From the IMG/VR virus record IMGVR_UViG_3300007352_000398: DNA of 64,000 nt. One strand, 5' to 3'. Below, in pieces: positions 1-12,007 of this stretch. Under the pieces are notes generated by a model, which saw nothing but the letters and a program-made list of their open reading frames with translations, was not told where the DNA came from and searched no databases. Positions within the stretch are counted from its first letter, which is position 1. Each line of letters starts with the position of its first letter. Source of the stretch: a virus. A program made the translations under genes and the position numbers.

Positions 1-2
1 CT

Positions 3-2646
<2,644 letters not shown>

Positions 2647-2647
<1 letters not shown>

Positions 2648-2877
2648 TATCTACGACTCCACAACAATCCTGTAATTAATAGAGAAATAGCCAGTGTTGG
2701 CCAATGAATGCTTCGTAATGAAGATGAATCTTTTCCGTTAGAATCTTTGTTCACAACTATAATTCTGGGCTCATCATAGGATGGGATGTCGTAGTAGTCA
2801 TAATACGGATACCCGTAACCATAATATGGCACAGGGTAAAAACCTCCCCCGTGATGTCTTCTATGTCCTTTGTGCAT
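2647..2877 (-). CDS. Small His/Tyr-rich tail-anchored protein
   Basis: EPRIIVV plus C-terminal TM (IHWPTLAISLLITGLLWSRR), paralogous to the C-terminus of 2189..2647. TAAAAT lies 6 nt upstream of ATG. Confidence 0.65.
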
Positions 2878-2934
2878 ATAGATATTTTACCCGAAGATTG
2901 CTTTTTTTTATAGAGAAGATGTTATAATTCTTAC

Positions 2935-3585
2935 ATGTTAAGAATCAGACCCTCCAGAACACGAACCCTCGGTGCCTTTGGTAAAGGATTTATTGCTCCC
3001 CCGCCTGGGCAACCAATTACAGTAAATGTTCCCACTCAAGACATGTCAGCATTGGATGCTTTACGTGCGGAAATTGCTGCGTTACGAGCGCAGTATGAAA
3101 AAACCGCCACTACAGGTCCCGCAGTAAATCTCCCTGCCGGTACAACTGCGTCCCAAGTTGTGACTCAAGGACAACTTGTTCTTCCCGGTGAAGGACAGGG
3201 AACAAAAGGTGGAGCAATCGTCGAAGGTGCTGGTGGAAAAACTGAACGCGAATTATTAACAACCCCAGGACAAGACGCATTTATGCGTTCAACAGATGCG
3301 GTTGACGCTAATCTTGGACCCACCGATTGGCGTCGTCTAGGTCCAGCCCCTGCCGGGTACAATGAAGCTGCATACCTTGCTCGTCATCCTGACGTAGCAG
3401 ACGCTGTAAGACAAAAAGCGATGCCTAGTGGATTATGGCACTATCTTATGTATGGTAAAAACGAAGGTCGCGCCTTAGCTGGCTGGGGCCGTCGAGGTTT
3501 TGCGGGTGTAAATAGAACTCGCCGCGGTGTTCGCCGTCCAGGGTTTCTTTCAGGAATTTTCTCTAACTGGAATGCGGTAGATTAA
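2935..3585 (+). CDS. Putative structural protein with YLAxxPDV repeat-type domain
   Basis: Contains YNEAAYLARHPDVADAV...SGLWHYLMYGKNEGR and N-terminal LGAFG. Extended -10 TGTTATAAT lies 6 nt before ATG. Confidence 0.7.
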   Translation: MLRIRPSRTRTLGAFGKGFIAPPPGQPITVNVPTQDMSALDALRAEIAALRAQYEKTATTGPAVNLPAGTTASQVVTQGQLVLPGEGQGTKGGAIVEGAGGKTERELLTTPGQDAFMRSTDAVDANLGPTDWRRLGPAPAGYNEAAYLARHPDVADAVRQKAMPSGLWHYLMYGKNEGRALAGWGRRGFAGVNRTRRGVRRPGFLSGIFSNWNAVD

Positions 3586-3803
3586 TGCGAAGACGTGGTC
3601 GCGGACGTAGACATAGACGTTTTGGTCCCGGAGTACGAGGACCTGTAGTATTAGATAGCGTTTTAAATGTAACCTGTCCTCCTGGTTATTTCTTTTCTAA
3701 TTTATCACAGCAATGTGAACCTGTACCAACTCTGAATGGTTTTGCTGGATATAGGCAGCGACCTGGTTATTTAAGTGGTATTAGTTCGATGTGGCGTCGG
3801 TAG
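3585..3803 (+). CDS. Small Arg-rich protein with CPPGY..C motif
   Basis: TAATG coupling to the upstream gene. C-terminus GFAGYRQRPGYLSGI matches the upstream protein (GFAG...RRPGFLSGI). Confidence 0.65.
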   Translation: MRRRGRGRRHRRFGPGVRGPVVLDSVLNVTCPPGYFFSNLSQQCEPVPTLNGFAGYRQRPGYLSGISSMWRR

Positions 3804-3883
3804 CTATAAAAAACTAGTATTTAAATAAGTTTTTGCTCGCCTTAATAGCTGAGAGAATAAGGATAGTTAATTTCTTTATTAAA

Positions 3884-4990
3884 TCAAGGCAACCAACTAT
3901 TAGCTAAATCAATTTTTTTAGTAATACCTGTCCGCAAATCTCTTCCTTCTTGGAACTGATCAACACCAAGCTTAGTTAGTCGTTTTTTGTCCTGTGAATA
4001 TGAATAATAATCTATTTCTTGATTTGCACCGATGTGATAAATTGGCACGTTAGCAATACAGATTATTTTTGAATTCACATATAAGATGTGATCTGATGTA
4101 CAATAATTAGGGGGATCAAATCCCCGCATCATAGTTTCACAATTTATCACTGTAGCCAAGCCGCCAAGTGGTGTAATATTTTGCATATTTTTTTTAGAAT
4201 AATGCCACAGGGTATCGTTTGGGATTTCTAATGGTTTACTCTTTGTAAACATATCGCATCTATAAAACCCAGAATTCCAATTCGATTCAGACACTCTAAA
4301 ACCAACCAGATCTGCAGTTGTAGACCGATAATGCAGTTGTTGAGTCCAATAAGGCATAAAATAATTTACATTTTCTGGCATGATGCCATCATCTTCATAG
4401 TGAATAAACTTTCGAAGACTGAAGAACTTAGCACCAAAATTAGCAAATGAATACTTTAGATTAACATTTGAAACAACAACATCAACAGTAACCTGCTCAT
4501 TAATAAGCAAGTTCTGTAAATAAGCCAGCGTTTCTGCGTCTGGCTCACTCGCGACAATATAAATTCTTTGCCCCGGTATTGCTGCTGTGTGTAATAAACT
4601 ATTCATAGTTAACCTGAGATATGTTAGCCGCTTATGTGTACCAAGAAGTATTGGAAGAGGCTCATAATCAGGTACGTGATAGTATATATTTTGAAACAAC
4701 GTAAAATCACAACCGCCGTCAGCAGTTGAATTAACGCTCACAACTTCGCCATCTAAAGCCTTTAGTAAAGGAAATTGAGGATTTTCTTGATGAAACGAGA
4801 TAACTTTATCCTCGTCTTCAAAACGAATGTAAGGGTTACGGTAATACAAAAATGGCCGAATACTTAAAATATCTTTCCAATGTTTGTTAGTTATGGTCCA
4901 AGAAATTTGCTTTTTACTTAGTCTGTCAGTAAGATTTTTAATGACAGCCGGGTTTTCAAACTCATCGGTCTTAATATACGCTTGAAACAT
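3884..4990 (-). CDS. Putative GT-A fold (family 2-like) glycosyltransferase
   Basis: PILLGTHKRLTYLRLTMNSLL, FIHYEDD (DxD-like) and the C-terminal YHIG motif. Confidence 0.5.
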   Translation of the reverse strand: MFQAYIKTDEFENPAVIKNLTDRLSKKQISWTITNKHWKDILSIRPFLYYRNPYIRFEDEDKVISFHQENPQFPLLKALDGEVVSVNSTADGGCDFTLFQNIYYHVPDYEPLPILLGTHKRLTYLRLTMNSLLHTAAIPGQRIYIVASEPDAETLAYLQNLLINEQVTVDVVVSNVNLKYSFANFGAKFFSLRKFIHYEDDGIMPENVNYFMPYWTQQLHYRSTTADLVGFRVSESNWNSGFYRCDMFTKSKPLEIPNDTLWHYSKKNMQNITPLGGLATVINCETMMRGFDPPNYCTSDHILYVNSKIICIANVPIYHIGANQEIDYYSYSQDKKRLTKLGVDQFQEGRDLRTGITKKIDLANSWLP

Positions 4991-5034
4991 TGTGCTAAAT
5001 GTATCAAACTATTTTAATAATGGATTTGCTAAAC

Positions 5035-5529
5035 TTACTTCTTCAATATAAGAATTAATAGCAACAAAGCTGCTACTGCTCCACCGGCTATAAGCAATGT
5101 TTTTGTTGAAAACCCGCTCTCTGGAGCTGGCATAAAATTAAGTGGAGGCAGCAATCCAGTATCTGCCCCTGGAGCAGTGACTTGCCCCGCAGCCTCTCGT
5201 CCTTCCATATATTTTTTCTGATCCTCAGCACTTCGCTGAAAATGTCCCGCTGAAACTCTTGCCGCGTGTGCCATAGCTGCTGCTAACCATGCTTGCATCG
5301 GGGGTATAGCCCCACCTTTATACACATTAGCAGTAATTAGACTGAATTTGGCTGAGCCAGCACCAAAAAATTTATCATATTGATCTTTCATTTTTTGAGC
5401 AGCAAATTTTATTGCCATATTGAACCCGTCAGCTGCAATATTTGCATCCTGCGCTAATGACGCATCTTGTTTTCTAAGATTTTCTAATAAGGCGGGAAAT
5501 TGAGTGTGATTGGGCAATAATTCAAACAT
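5035..5529 (-). CDS. Tail-anchored protein
   Basis: Ala-rich helical body, C-terminal TM plus KK. TATAAT and a GAGGAG SD lie upstream. Confidence 0.7.
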   Translation of the reverse strand: MFELLPNHTQFPALLENLRKQDASLAQDANIAADGFNMAIKFAAQKMKDQYDKFFGAGSAKFSLITANVYKGGAIPPMQAWLAAAMAHAARVSAGHFQRSAEDQKKYMEGREAAGQVTAPGADTGLLPPLNFMPAPESGFSTKTLLIAGGAVAALLLLILILKK

Positions 5530-5589
5530 AGAAACTCCTCAGATATTATACATTATAATCAAAATAAGTTATACTATCGTAGGTGTTAT

Positions 5590-6408
5590 ATGCCTGAGGT
5601 AAAATACGGAAACTTTGCACCGCTCACAGATGCAGACAAAGTTCGTTGGGGTACGACTACTAACTGTTTTACCACCGCAAACAGCAGTGAAATGTCAGCA
5701 GAGCAAGTTTTTAGAGCTGCATTAAATAATGGCGTTAGAAGGTTGACACAAGACGAAGTAAATGATGTTACGAGCCTTTCTATTACAGCGCAGTCGGACT
5801 TAAATCGATTACTTTCACGGGCTAGTGATGTTATTGGCATGTGGCGAGAAGCTAAAGACGCTAGTGTAGCCTACTCTCAATGCACCGTTATTTGTGGTAA
5901 CCTACTAACAGAATCTAACACTACTATTGACAAGGCTAATGCTGGATTACAAGAATTAGGAAATTTACGTTATAAAGCGTTTAAAAATGTTGATGCGTTA
6001 ATGGTCTACGCCCAAACCCCAGCTGATGCTCAGCGTATGTGCCAACTCAAACAAGATACATGGAAAAAGTACGAGCAAGCTATCAACCAAATTATTCCTC
6101 TGGCTAAAGGAACACACGAGGAAAGAGCGAAAAACTACCAGAAAACTGCTTCTATAATCGACGGTCTTTTAAGCATTCTTCAAGCATTTATGCAACTTAT
6201 TCAAAGTTTAATCACAATTATCAACGAAGCTTTTAAAGGCATCGTTGCAACAGCCTCTTTTTTTGCGAAGTATCCAAAACTTATCTGGGTCGGAGGTGGT
6301 ATTATCGGAGTAATTGCATTATTAGTCATAGTTAGACCCTACTTCCAAGCTGGTGCAAAAGTTGCAGCTGTCGGAGCAAAGGCAATCGGAGCTAAGAAAA
6401 ATCACTAG
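5590..6408 (+). CDS. Helical protein with amphipathic and TM C-terminal region
   Basis: Long coiled-coil-like helices, then IIDGLLSILQAFMQLIQSLI... and a TM (LIWVGGGIIGVIALLVIV). Confidence 0.65.
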   Translation: MPEVKYGNFAPLTDADKVRWGTTTNCFTTANSSEMSAEQVFRAALNNGVRRLTQDEVNDVTSLSITAQSDLNRLLSRASDVIGMWREAKDASVAYSQCTVICGNLLTESNTTIDKANAGLQELGNLRYKAFKNVDALMVYAQTPADAQRMCQLKQDTWKKYEQAINQIIPLAKGTHEERAKNYQKTASIIDGLLSILQAFMQLIQSLITIINEAFKGIVATASFFAKYPKLIWVGGGIIGVIALLVIVRPYFQAGAKVAAVGAKAIGAKKNH

Positions 6409-6426
6409 TTTGTTAGGAAATACACT

Positions 6427-6744
6427 ATGGCAGAACCATCAATAGCAGAAGGAATCGCAAGCATTCTTAATCCATTAGCTACAGTGGCGGCTTCAACATT
6501 TACAGATCAACAAAAAACTCAGATAAATATGGCCAGAATTAAGGCCGGTAAACAACCCTGCACTGGAAGACCTGACCAACCGCCTGATTGTCCGTTACCG
6601 CTTTTCGCAGTAACAGGAACATCACAAACTCCAGAAAAAGAATATATAATTACTAAAGAGGAATTTCCGACTAAAATAGTTGTTGGCGCAATAGCAGGAA
6701 GTGCTTTGTTAATAATACTTGTGTTAGTATTACTGAAAAAATGA
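6427..6744 (+). CDS. Tail-anchored protein
   Basis: IAEGIASILNPLATVAAS motif shared with 7217..7861; C-terminal TM plus KK. Confidence 0.7.
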   Translation: MAEPSIAEGIASILNPLATVAASTFTDQQKTQINMARIKAGKQPCTGRPDQPPDCPLPLFAVTGTSQTPEKEYIITKEEFPTKIVVGAIAGSALLIILVLVLLKK

Positions 6745-6765
6745 ATGTTAATAGAAAGGGCTTGA

Positions 6766-7212
6766 ATGTATAGTTATCAACCTAAAAACCAACTTAAAAT
6801 CGGGTATAATGGTCTCGGTCAATTACCCACCGGAACTGCAACAGTTACCGTGGCTGGAAAACAAATCACATTTAGTGGGCCAGCACATGAAATGGGCCCA
6901 GCAACGGCTCTTGCTGGACTTCTTAACACTGCTTATACAAGCTCTCAACAAGGAAAAATAAATGAAGCTAAGCAAGCAGTAACTGCTGCGAAAAATCTAC
7001 TTCCTGCGACGGGCAGTCTTAGAAGTAAGATTGAACCTGCGGTTAATATGATAGAAAACTTAGTATCATTGGCTGACGCGCCAGCAAATGAACCCCTCTC
7101 ACCACCGCCTATATATTTAACTCCGGTGCAAGCATCTGGTCCAAACTATCTTCTCATAGGTGGGGGAGTAAGTATCCTAATGTTATTACTAATTCTGGTT
7201 TTACGAAAGTAA
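6766..7212 (+). CDS. Tail-anchored protein
   Basis: N-terminal YNGLGQ, Pro linker, C-terminal TM plus RK. Confidence 0.7.
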   Translation: MYSYQPKNQLKIGYNGLGQLPTGTATVTVAGKQITFSGPAHEMGPATALAGLLNTAYTSSQQGKINEAKQAVTAAKNLLPATGSLRSKIEPAVNMIENLVSLADAPANEPLSPPPIYLTPVQASGPNYLLIGGGVSILMLLLILVLRK

Positions 7213-7216
7213 CCCA

Positions 7217-7861
7217 TCACTTCATAGCAACCATCGCGATAATTAAAAGCAACATTGCTGCTCCTCCAGCAATGCTCACTATCAATATAGTATTATCCTT
7301 AGGTGCTGGCGAGAACCCTGGAAACATAAAACTACCAGCCCCAGCTCCGGGTTGCTGCCTAAGTTGTAACTGCGCCAATTTTGCTTGTTGTTGAGCTTGA
7401 TATGCACTAGCACCCGCTGTCGCTAATGGATTTAATAAAGACGAAATTCCAGCAGCGATATCGGTAAAATTAGTAGATTGTGGTTGGCTAGTTGCCTGCG
7501 GTTTAGTTGTAACCGCGGTTGCAGGCATTTTTTGAATTTCAACTGCGGTTGCTGTTAGTTTTGCTGCTGCTTGGGTATCTCCAGCAGCCTGTCTCCTTGC
7601 TGCTTCTGCTTGGAGATTTGATACCGTCTCTTCTTTTGTGCGTCCCGGTTGAACAACAAGTTGAACTGGCATCCCAGCTTGTTTACGGCAGTTCTCTCTA
7701 GCGGTCATTGCTTGCAATGCCATTATACGAGCGGGTTCGACAATAGAAGCTGGATGATTTCCGCGCTTTAACGATTGATAACGTTCTTCCGTAGCAATTT
7801 CTGCGTCAACCCATTGACCACACGGGTCAGAATCGGAAAACGAAAACTGAATATAGCTCAT
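7217..7861 (-). CDS. Tail-anchored Gln/Ala-rich protein
   Basis: IAAGISSLLNPLATAGAS motif, Gln-rich segment, C-terminal TM plus K. Confidence 0.7.
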   Translation of the reverse strand: MSYIQFSFSDSDPCGQWVDAEIATEERYQSLKRGNHPASIVEPARIMALQAMTARENCRKQAGMPVQLVVQPGRTKEETVSNLQAEAARRQAAGDTQAAAKLTATAVEIQKMPATAVTTKPQATSQPQSTNFTDIAAGISSLLNPLATAGASAYQAQQQAKLAQLQLRQQPGAGAGSFMFPGFSPAPKDNTILIVSIAGGAAMLLLIIAMVAMK

Positions 7862-7923
7862 AATTATTTTAATAGCATTATATCAATTTATTGATCGCAG
7901 ATGTTTATTTGGTATCATAAAGT

Positions 7924-8178
7924 ATGAGCAATTTAATTGGTTCTGCCGCACTTTGTGCAGTAGGACCTTTGTATGCGATCCCTATACTAAATGATGCGTC
8001 TGCAGAACCACGACTGCGTATTACAGCCGCAATCGCTTTAACAGGTGGGTTACTGGGGGCGGGATACGGGCTTTATTTAGGCGGATTAAAAGCTGTAATT
8101 CTTGTGCCAACATTTAGCTATATTGGATTCATCCTTCCTTGTATAGTAGGATTGAATGTGTCTAAACCCACAAAATAA
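7924..8178 (+). CDS. Small multi-pass membrane protein
   Basis: About 3 hydrophobic segments. Promoter TTGATC-17-TATCAT lies 5 nt before ATG. Confidence 0.55.
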   Translation: MSNLIGSAALCAVGPLYAIPILNDASAEPRLRITAAIALTGGLLGAGYGLYLGGLKAVILVPTFSYIGFILPCIVGLNVSKPTK

Positions 8179-8219
8179 TCTGATTAGTAACTTACGCCAC
8201 AAATTGTTACCATCCACTC

Positions 8220-8876
8220 ATGGATGAGTTACTAAGAAACTTAAGAAGAAAGATATTCGCCGGTCATGCATCCTCTGCGGAAGTAATGCGCTATATCGCA
8301 ATTTTAGAGCGGTCACAAGATATATCTACGTTAGAAGGGTGCAAAACTACCACCTGGCTTGTTGCAGCGGAATACAATTTTGAACATTTATCTGATCATT
8401 TTGCAGAAGTAGCAATTAATGAAGTTGAATCTTTAAAACGAGCGGCACAATGGTTTATAACAGCAGCTCATTTTTGGGTTTTCAATGATTACGAAGAACC
8501 ACTGGAAGCCATAAGACACATGGTCAACGAATATTACAAAGGAAACTATATAGATGTACCAGAAATTTGGAATGATTGGCATTTAAAAGCCACCGGTTCT
8601 AGCTCTTCGAAGCCTGCAAGTATATTTTATCTTTCTAAGCTGTGTTGGTTAGATAACCCACTACCTTTTAGATTAGTAAAGCACTGGGGCTGTGGACAAG
8701 ACACACACGAGCATCCAGACCATATGCCAGAGACAAGGAGATGCTTTACCGAACGTGAGAGAATTACATTTCCGGCGGATGGAATTATTTCTGAATTATT
8801 TGTTAATGAAATTTCCGAACCTGCATGGATATGGATGGTGATTCCAAATGAAGCTCATAGAAGTATTTTACCGTAG
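8220..8876 (+). CDS. Hypothetical protein with shared N-terminal DE.LR.L.R helical module
   Basis: MDELLRNLRRKIFAG...YIAILERS resembles the N-termini of 14949..15473 and 55751..56389. TACCAT lies 6 nt upstream. Confidence 0.6.
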   Translation: MDELLRNLRRKIFAGHASSAEVMRYIAILERSQDISTLEGCKTTTWLVAAEYNFEHLSDHFAEVAINEVESLKRAAQWFITAAHFWVFNDYEEPLEAIRHMVNEYYKGNYIDVPEIWNDWHLKATGSSSSKPASIFYLSKLCWLDNPLPFRLVKHWGCGQDTHEHPDHMPETRRCFTERERITFPADGIISELFVNEISEPAWIWMVIPNEAHRSILP

Positions 8877-8886
8877 AATAATTTTA

Positions 8887-11826
8887 TTATTTTGACGGAA
8901 GCAATTTATTGAGTTTGATAATTTCTGCCTGAACTTTAAGCGTTGGCGTATGTCGCTTTCTGAAAAATGTGGCGCACGCAATTGGATGATATTTTATTTT
9001 CTTAGCTAAAATACGACCTAACTCACTTCGGCTGTAGCCTTTAGCAATTAATTCATTAACAGCTTGCTCCCACGTTTGGTCACCGGGTCTTACCCAGGGC
9101 TTAGCTTTTAATTTTTTATTGAGCTTAATAATAGCATTTCGCGCCTCTGTAGATGGTAATCGCCGCCGCATCGTTTTTTTCTGAGGTTTTTGACTAAACC
9201 AATACTGCGCCGTTTTAGGGCGGCAATTCAGATATTTCTCACACAGAAGAGAAGCTAGTTCTAAACGTGTATAGCCTTTAGTTAGGAGTTCATCAACGGC
9301 TTGTTCCCAAGTAGTTTTCGCGGGTAACAGTTGATTTAACTTAACAATTTCTGTTTGAACGTCTAATTTAGGAGTTCTAGTTTTTTGAAACCAAGTCTTG
9401 GCTGTTCCTGAACGACACTTAATTTTTTTAGCTAGAATATGAGCTAATTCCATTATTTTATAGCCCTTCGCTAGTAATTGATCAACTGCATTTTTCCAAT
9501 TGAAAGCGATGTCCACGACCCACAATGAGATTGTTTTCCGATCAATTTCTAATTTCTTACTTATTTGAACAATACTATATCCTTTGGAGTATAAGTTTCG
9601 CGCCTTAGCTCGAAGAAACTTATCTTCTAATCCAGGATTGTGCCGTTTAATTATTTTTTTCTTTAATTTAGGTAACTTCTTATTAAGCTTAATAATAGTT
9701 GCCTGAATTTGGAAAGGCGGCGCATTTTGCTTTCTAAACCATTTTTGCGCAGTAGAGATTTTACATCCAACTATTTTGCACAATTGACGGGCTAATTCGC
9801 TTTTAGAATATCCTTTTTGTAAAAGCGCATCTACAGATTTCTCCCATAAATCTAAATTAGAAACTATCGCAGGCAATTCTTTATTTAACTTAACAATAGC
9901 TTCTTGAATCCGAATCGATGGAGTAACTCGTTTTGCGAACCAATTTTGCGCAGTTTGAACTTTACACTTTATTCTTTGACATAACTGACGAGCTAATTCT
10001 TTTTTACGATATCCCTTTTGACGAAGTTTATCAACAGCTTCCTCCCATGGAATATCCAAGCTAGAAACAAGAACAGGCAGTTCTTGATTTAAAGACACAA
10101 TAACTTCTTGAGTTTGCAAAGATGGAATACTTCGTTTTCTAATCCACTGCAAAGCAGTCCCAACTTTACACTTAATTTTGTCACGAAGTGCGCGAGCCAA
10201 TTCACTTTGAGAGTATCCCTTTTGAAGAAGCTTATCTACAGCCTCTTCCCATGGAATATCCACTCTAGAAATAAGGGCGGGCAGCTCTTCATTTAACCTA
10301 ACGATGGCCTCTTGAATCTGCAAAGATGGTGTATATGTTCTAGAAAACCAAAATACAGCAGTTCTAACATTGCATTTTATTCTTTGACATAACTGACGAG
10401 CTAATTCGTTTTGATGATATCCCTTTTGAAAAAGCTTATCAACAGCTTCCTCCCATGGAATATCCATTCTAGAAACAAGGGCGGGCAGTTCTTTGTTTAA
10501 CCTAACGATTGCTTCTTGAATTTGAATCGATGGGATAACTAGTTTTGCAAACCAAGACCATGCAGTTTTAATAGGAAAAGCAATTCTTTGATGTAATTGA
10601 CGAGCTAATTCACTCTTAGAATATCCCTTATACAAAAGTTCGTCTACAGCTGCTTTCCACGAAATTTCAGGTAGGTCGATATCTTGTACTAGCTGTTTTG
10701 CATGATGTATATTAATACTGAGTTGTCGTGCAACGGCCGTAAAGCTTCCAGTCTTTGTATAAATATGCTTGGCTTTAGCTCGGAGAACCTTATCTTCTAG
10801 TCCAGGATTATTCCGTCTAATTATTTTTTTCTTTAATTTTGGTAATTCTTTATTTAGATTAACAATAGCTTCTTGAATTTGAAAAGACGGAGTAGCACGT
10901 TTTCCAAACCAGTCGATTGCAGTTCCAACATTACATCCGATTCTTTGACATAATTGACGCGCTAATTCATTTCGAGCATATCCCTTTTGTAGAAGGTCTT
11001 CAATAGCATCTTTCCACGGAATGTTTAAACTAGAAACAAGAGGAGGTAGCATCCGATTTAATCTAATGATAGCTGCTTGAGCCTGAAAAGGTGGGACGGC
11101 TTGTTTTCCAAACCATTTTTGTGCAGTCCAAATATTACATTCAATAATTTCGCACAATTGACGGGCTAATTCACTTTTAGAGTACCCTTTTTGCAAAAGG
11201 TCATCTATAGATTTATCCCATAAATCTGAGTCAGGAACTATAACAGGCAACTCAAGTGCCAAACTAACAATTGCTTTTTGAATTTTAAGAGATGGTACTC
11301 GTTGTTTTGCAAGCCATTTTCTCGCGACATCAGTATGGCATTTAATTCGCTGACTTAATTGGCGTGCCAACTCAGCCTGAGAGTATCCTCGTTTTAAAAG
11401 TTCATCTACTGCCAATTCCCACGGAATATTTTCACGAGCTGGTAAATCTTGATTTAATCTAACAATTGCTTCTTGAATTTGTAAAGGCGGCGTTCTTAGT
11501 TTTGCGAACCAATTCTGTGCAGCTCCAACGCTGCATTTAATTATTTGACATAATTCACGACATAAGCTACTTCTAGTATAACCCTTTTGTAAAAGTTCAT
11601 CTATAGCCTCTTCCCATGGAATATTTAAATTAGAAACAAGAGCCGGTAATTCTTCATTTAATTGAACAATAGATTTCTGAATTTGAAGTGAAGGAGTGTG
11701 CAGCTTTCTAAACCACATTGCGGCCGTACCAGTATTACATGCGGTTCTTTGAGCTAGCTGACGTGCTAACTCATTTTTAGAATAGCCTTTTTGGAGAAGT
11801 TTATCGACAGCGTCTCTCCACGGAAT
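8887..11826 (-). repeat. Tandem coding repeats (~200 bp unit) in A-B5-A-B5-A-B3 arrangement
   Basis: Recurrent DNA strings such as cttcctcccatggaatatcc and tgacgagctaattc; protein repeats aligned by eye. Confidence 0.9.
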
Positions 11827-11994
11827 CTCTAAAGGTTTTACATCATGTAACAATTGCTTTGCAATAAAAGTAGAAATATTACATCGCCGAGCGACTTCAT
11901 TTAAATTTCCAGTTTCTTTGTAGACACGTTTAACTTTGGCGCGAAGAATTTTCTCCTCTAAATTACTAGGATGTTTTCGAACTATCTTAGCCAC
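8887..11994 (-). CDS. Poly-HTH repeat DNA-binding protein (3 type-A + 13 XRE-like type-B domains)
   Basis: 13 repeats of ~64-68 aa (PWEEAVDKLLQKGYSxxELARQLCQRIKCxxxTAxxWFxKxxxPSxQIQEAIVxLNxELP) and 3 copies of NPxLEDKxLRAKAK..Y + HTH. GTG start has TATAAT 6 nt upstream. Confidence 0.8.
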   Translation of the reverse strand: MAKIVRKHPSNLEEKILRAKVKRVYKETGNLNEVARRCNISTFIAKQLLHDVKPLEIPWRDAVDKLLQKGYSKNELARQLAQRTACNTGTAAMWFRKLHTPSLQIQKSIVQLNEELPALVSNLNIPWEEAIDELLQKGYTRSSLCRELCQIIKCSVGAAQNWFAKLRTPPLQIQEAIVRLNQDLPARENIPWELAVDELLKRGYSQAELARQLSQRIKCHTDVARKWLAKQRVPSLKIQKAIVSLALELPVIVPDSDLWDKSIDDLLQKGYSKSELARQLCEIIECNIWTAQKWFGKQAVPPFQAQAAIIRLNRMLPPLVSSLNIPWKDAIEDLLQKGYARNELARQLCQRIGCNVGTAIDWFGKRATPSFQIQEAIVNLNKELPKLKKKIIRRNNPGLEDKVLRAKAKHIYTKTGSFTAVARQLSINIHHAKQLVQDIDLPEISWKAAVDELLYKGYSKSELARQLHQRIAFPIKTAWSWFAKLVIPSIQIQEAIVRLNKELPALVSRMDIPWEEAVDKLFQKGYHQNELARQLCQRIKCNVRTAVFWFSRTYTPSLQIQEAIVRLNEELPALISRVDIPWEEAVDKLLQKGYSQSELARALRDKIKCKVGTALQWIRKRSIPSLQTQEVIVSLNQELPVLVSSLDIPWEEAVDKLRQKGYRKKELARQLCQRIKCKVQTAQNWFAKRVTPSIRIQEAIVKLNKELPAIVSNLDLWEKSVDALLQKGYSKSELARQLCKIVGCKISTAQKWFRKQNAPPFQIQATIIKLNKKLPKLKKKIIKRHNPGLEDKFLRAKARNLYSKGYSIVQISKKLEIDRKTISLWVVDIAFNWKNAVDQLLAKGYKIMELAHILAKKIKCRSGTAKTWFQKTRTPKLDVQTEIVKLNQLLPAKTTWEQAVDELLTKGYTRLELASLLCEKYLNCRPKTAQYWFSQKPQKKTMRRRLPSTEARNAIIKLNKKLKAKPWVRPGDQTWEQAVNELIAKGYSRSELGRILAKKIKYHPIACATFFRKRHTPTLKVQAEIIKLNKLLPSK

Positions 11995-12007
11995 ATATCT
12001 ATTATAA

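Noticed and set aside
8887-11994. Transposase/IS origin of the HTH repeats
   Set aside because: No DDE/HUH catalytic domain, terminal inverted repeats or target duplications nearby.
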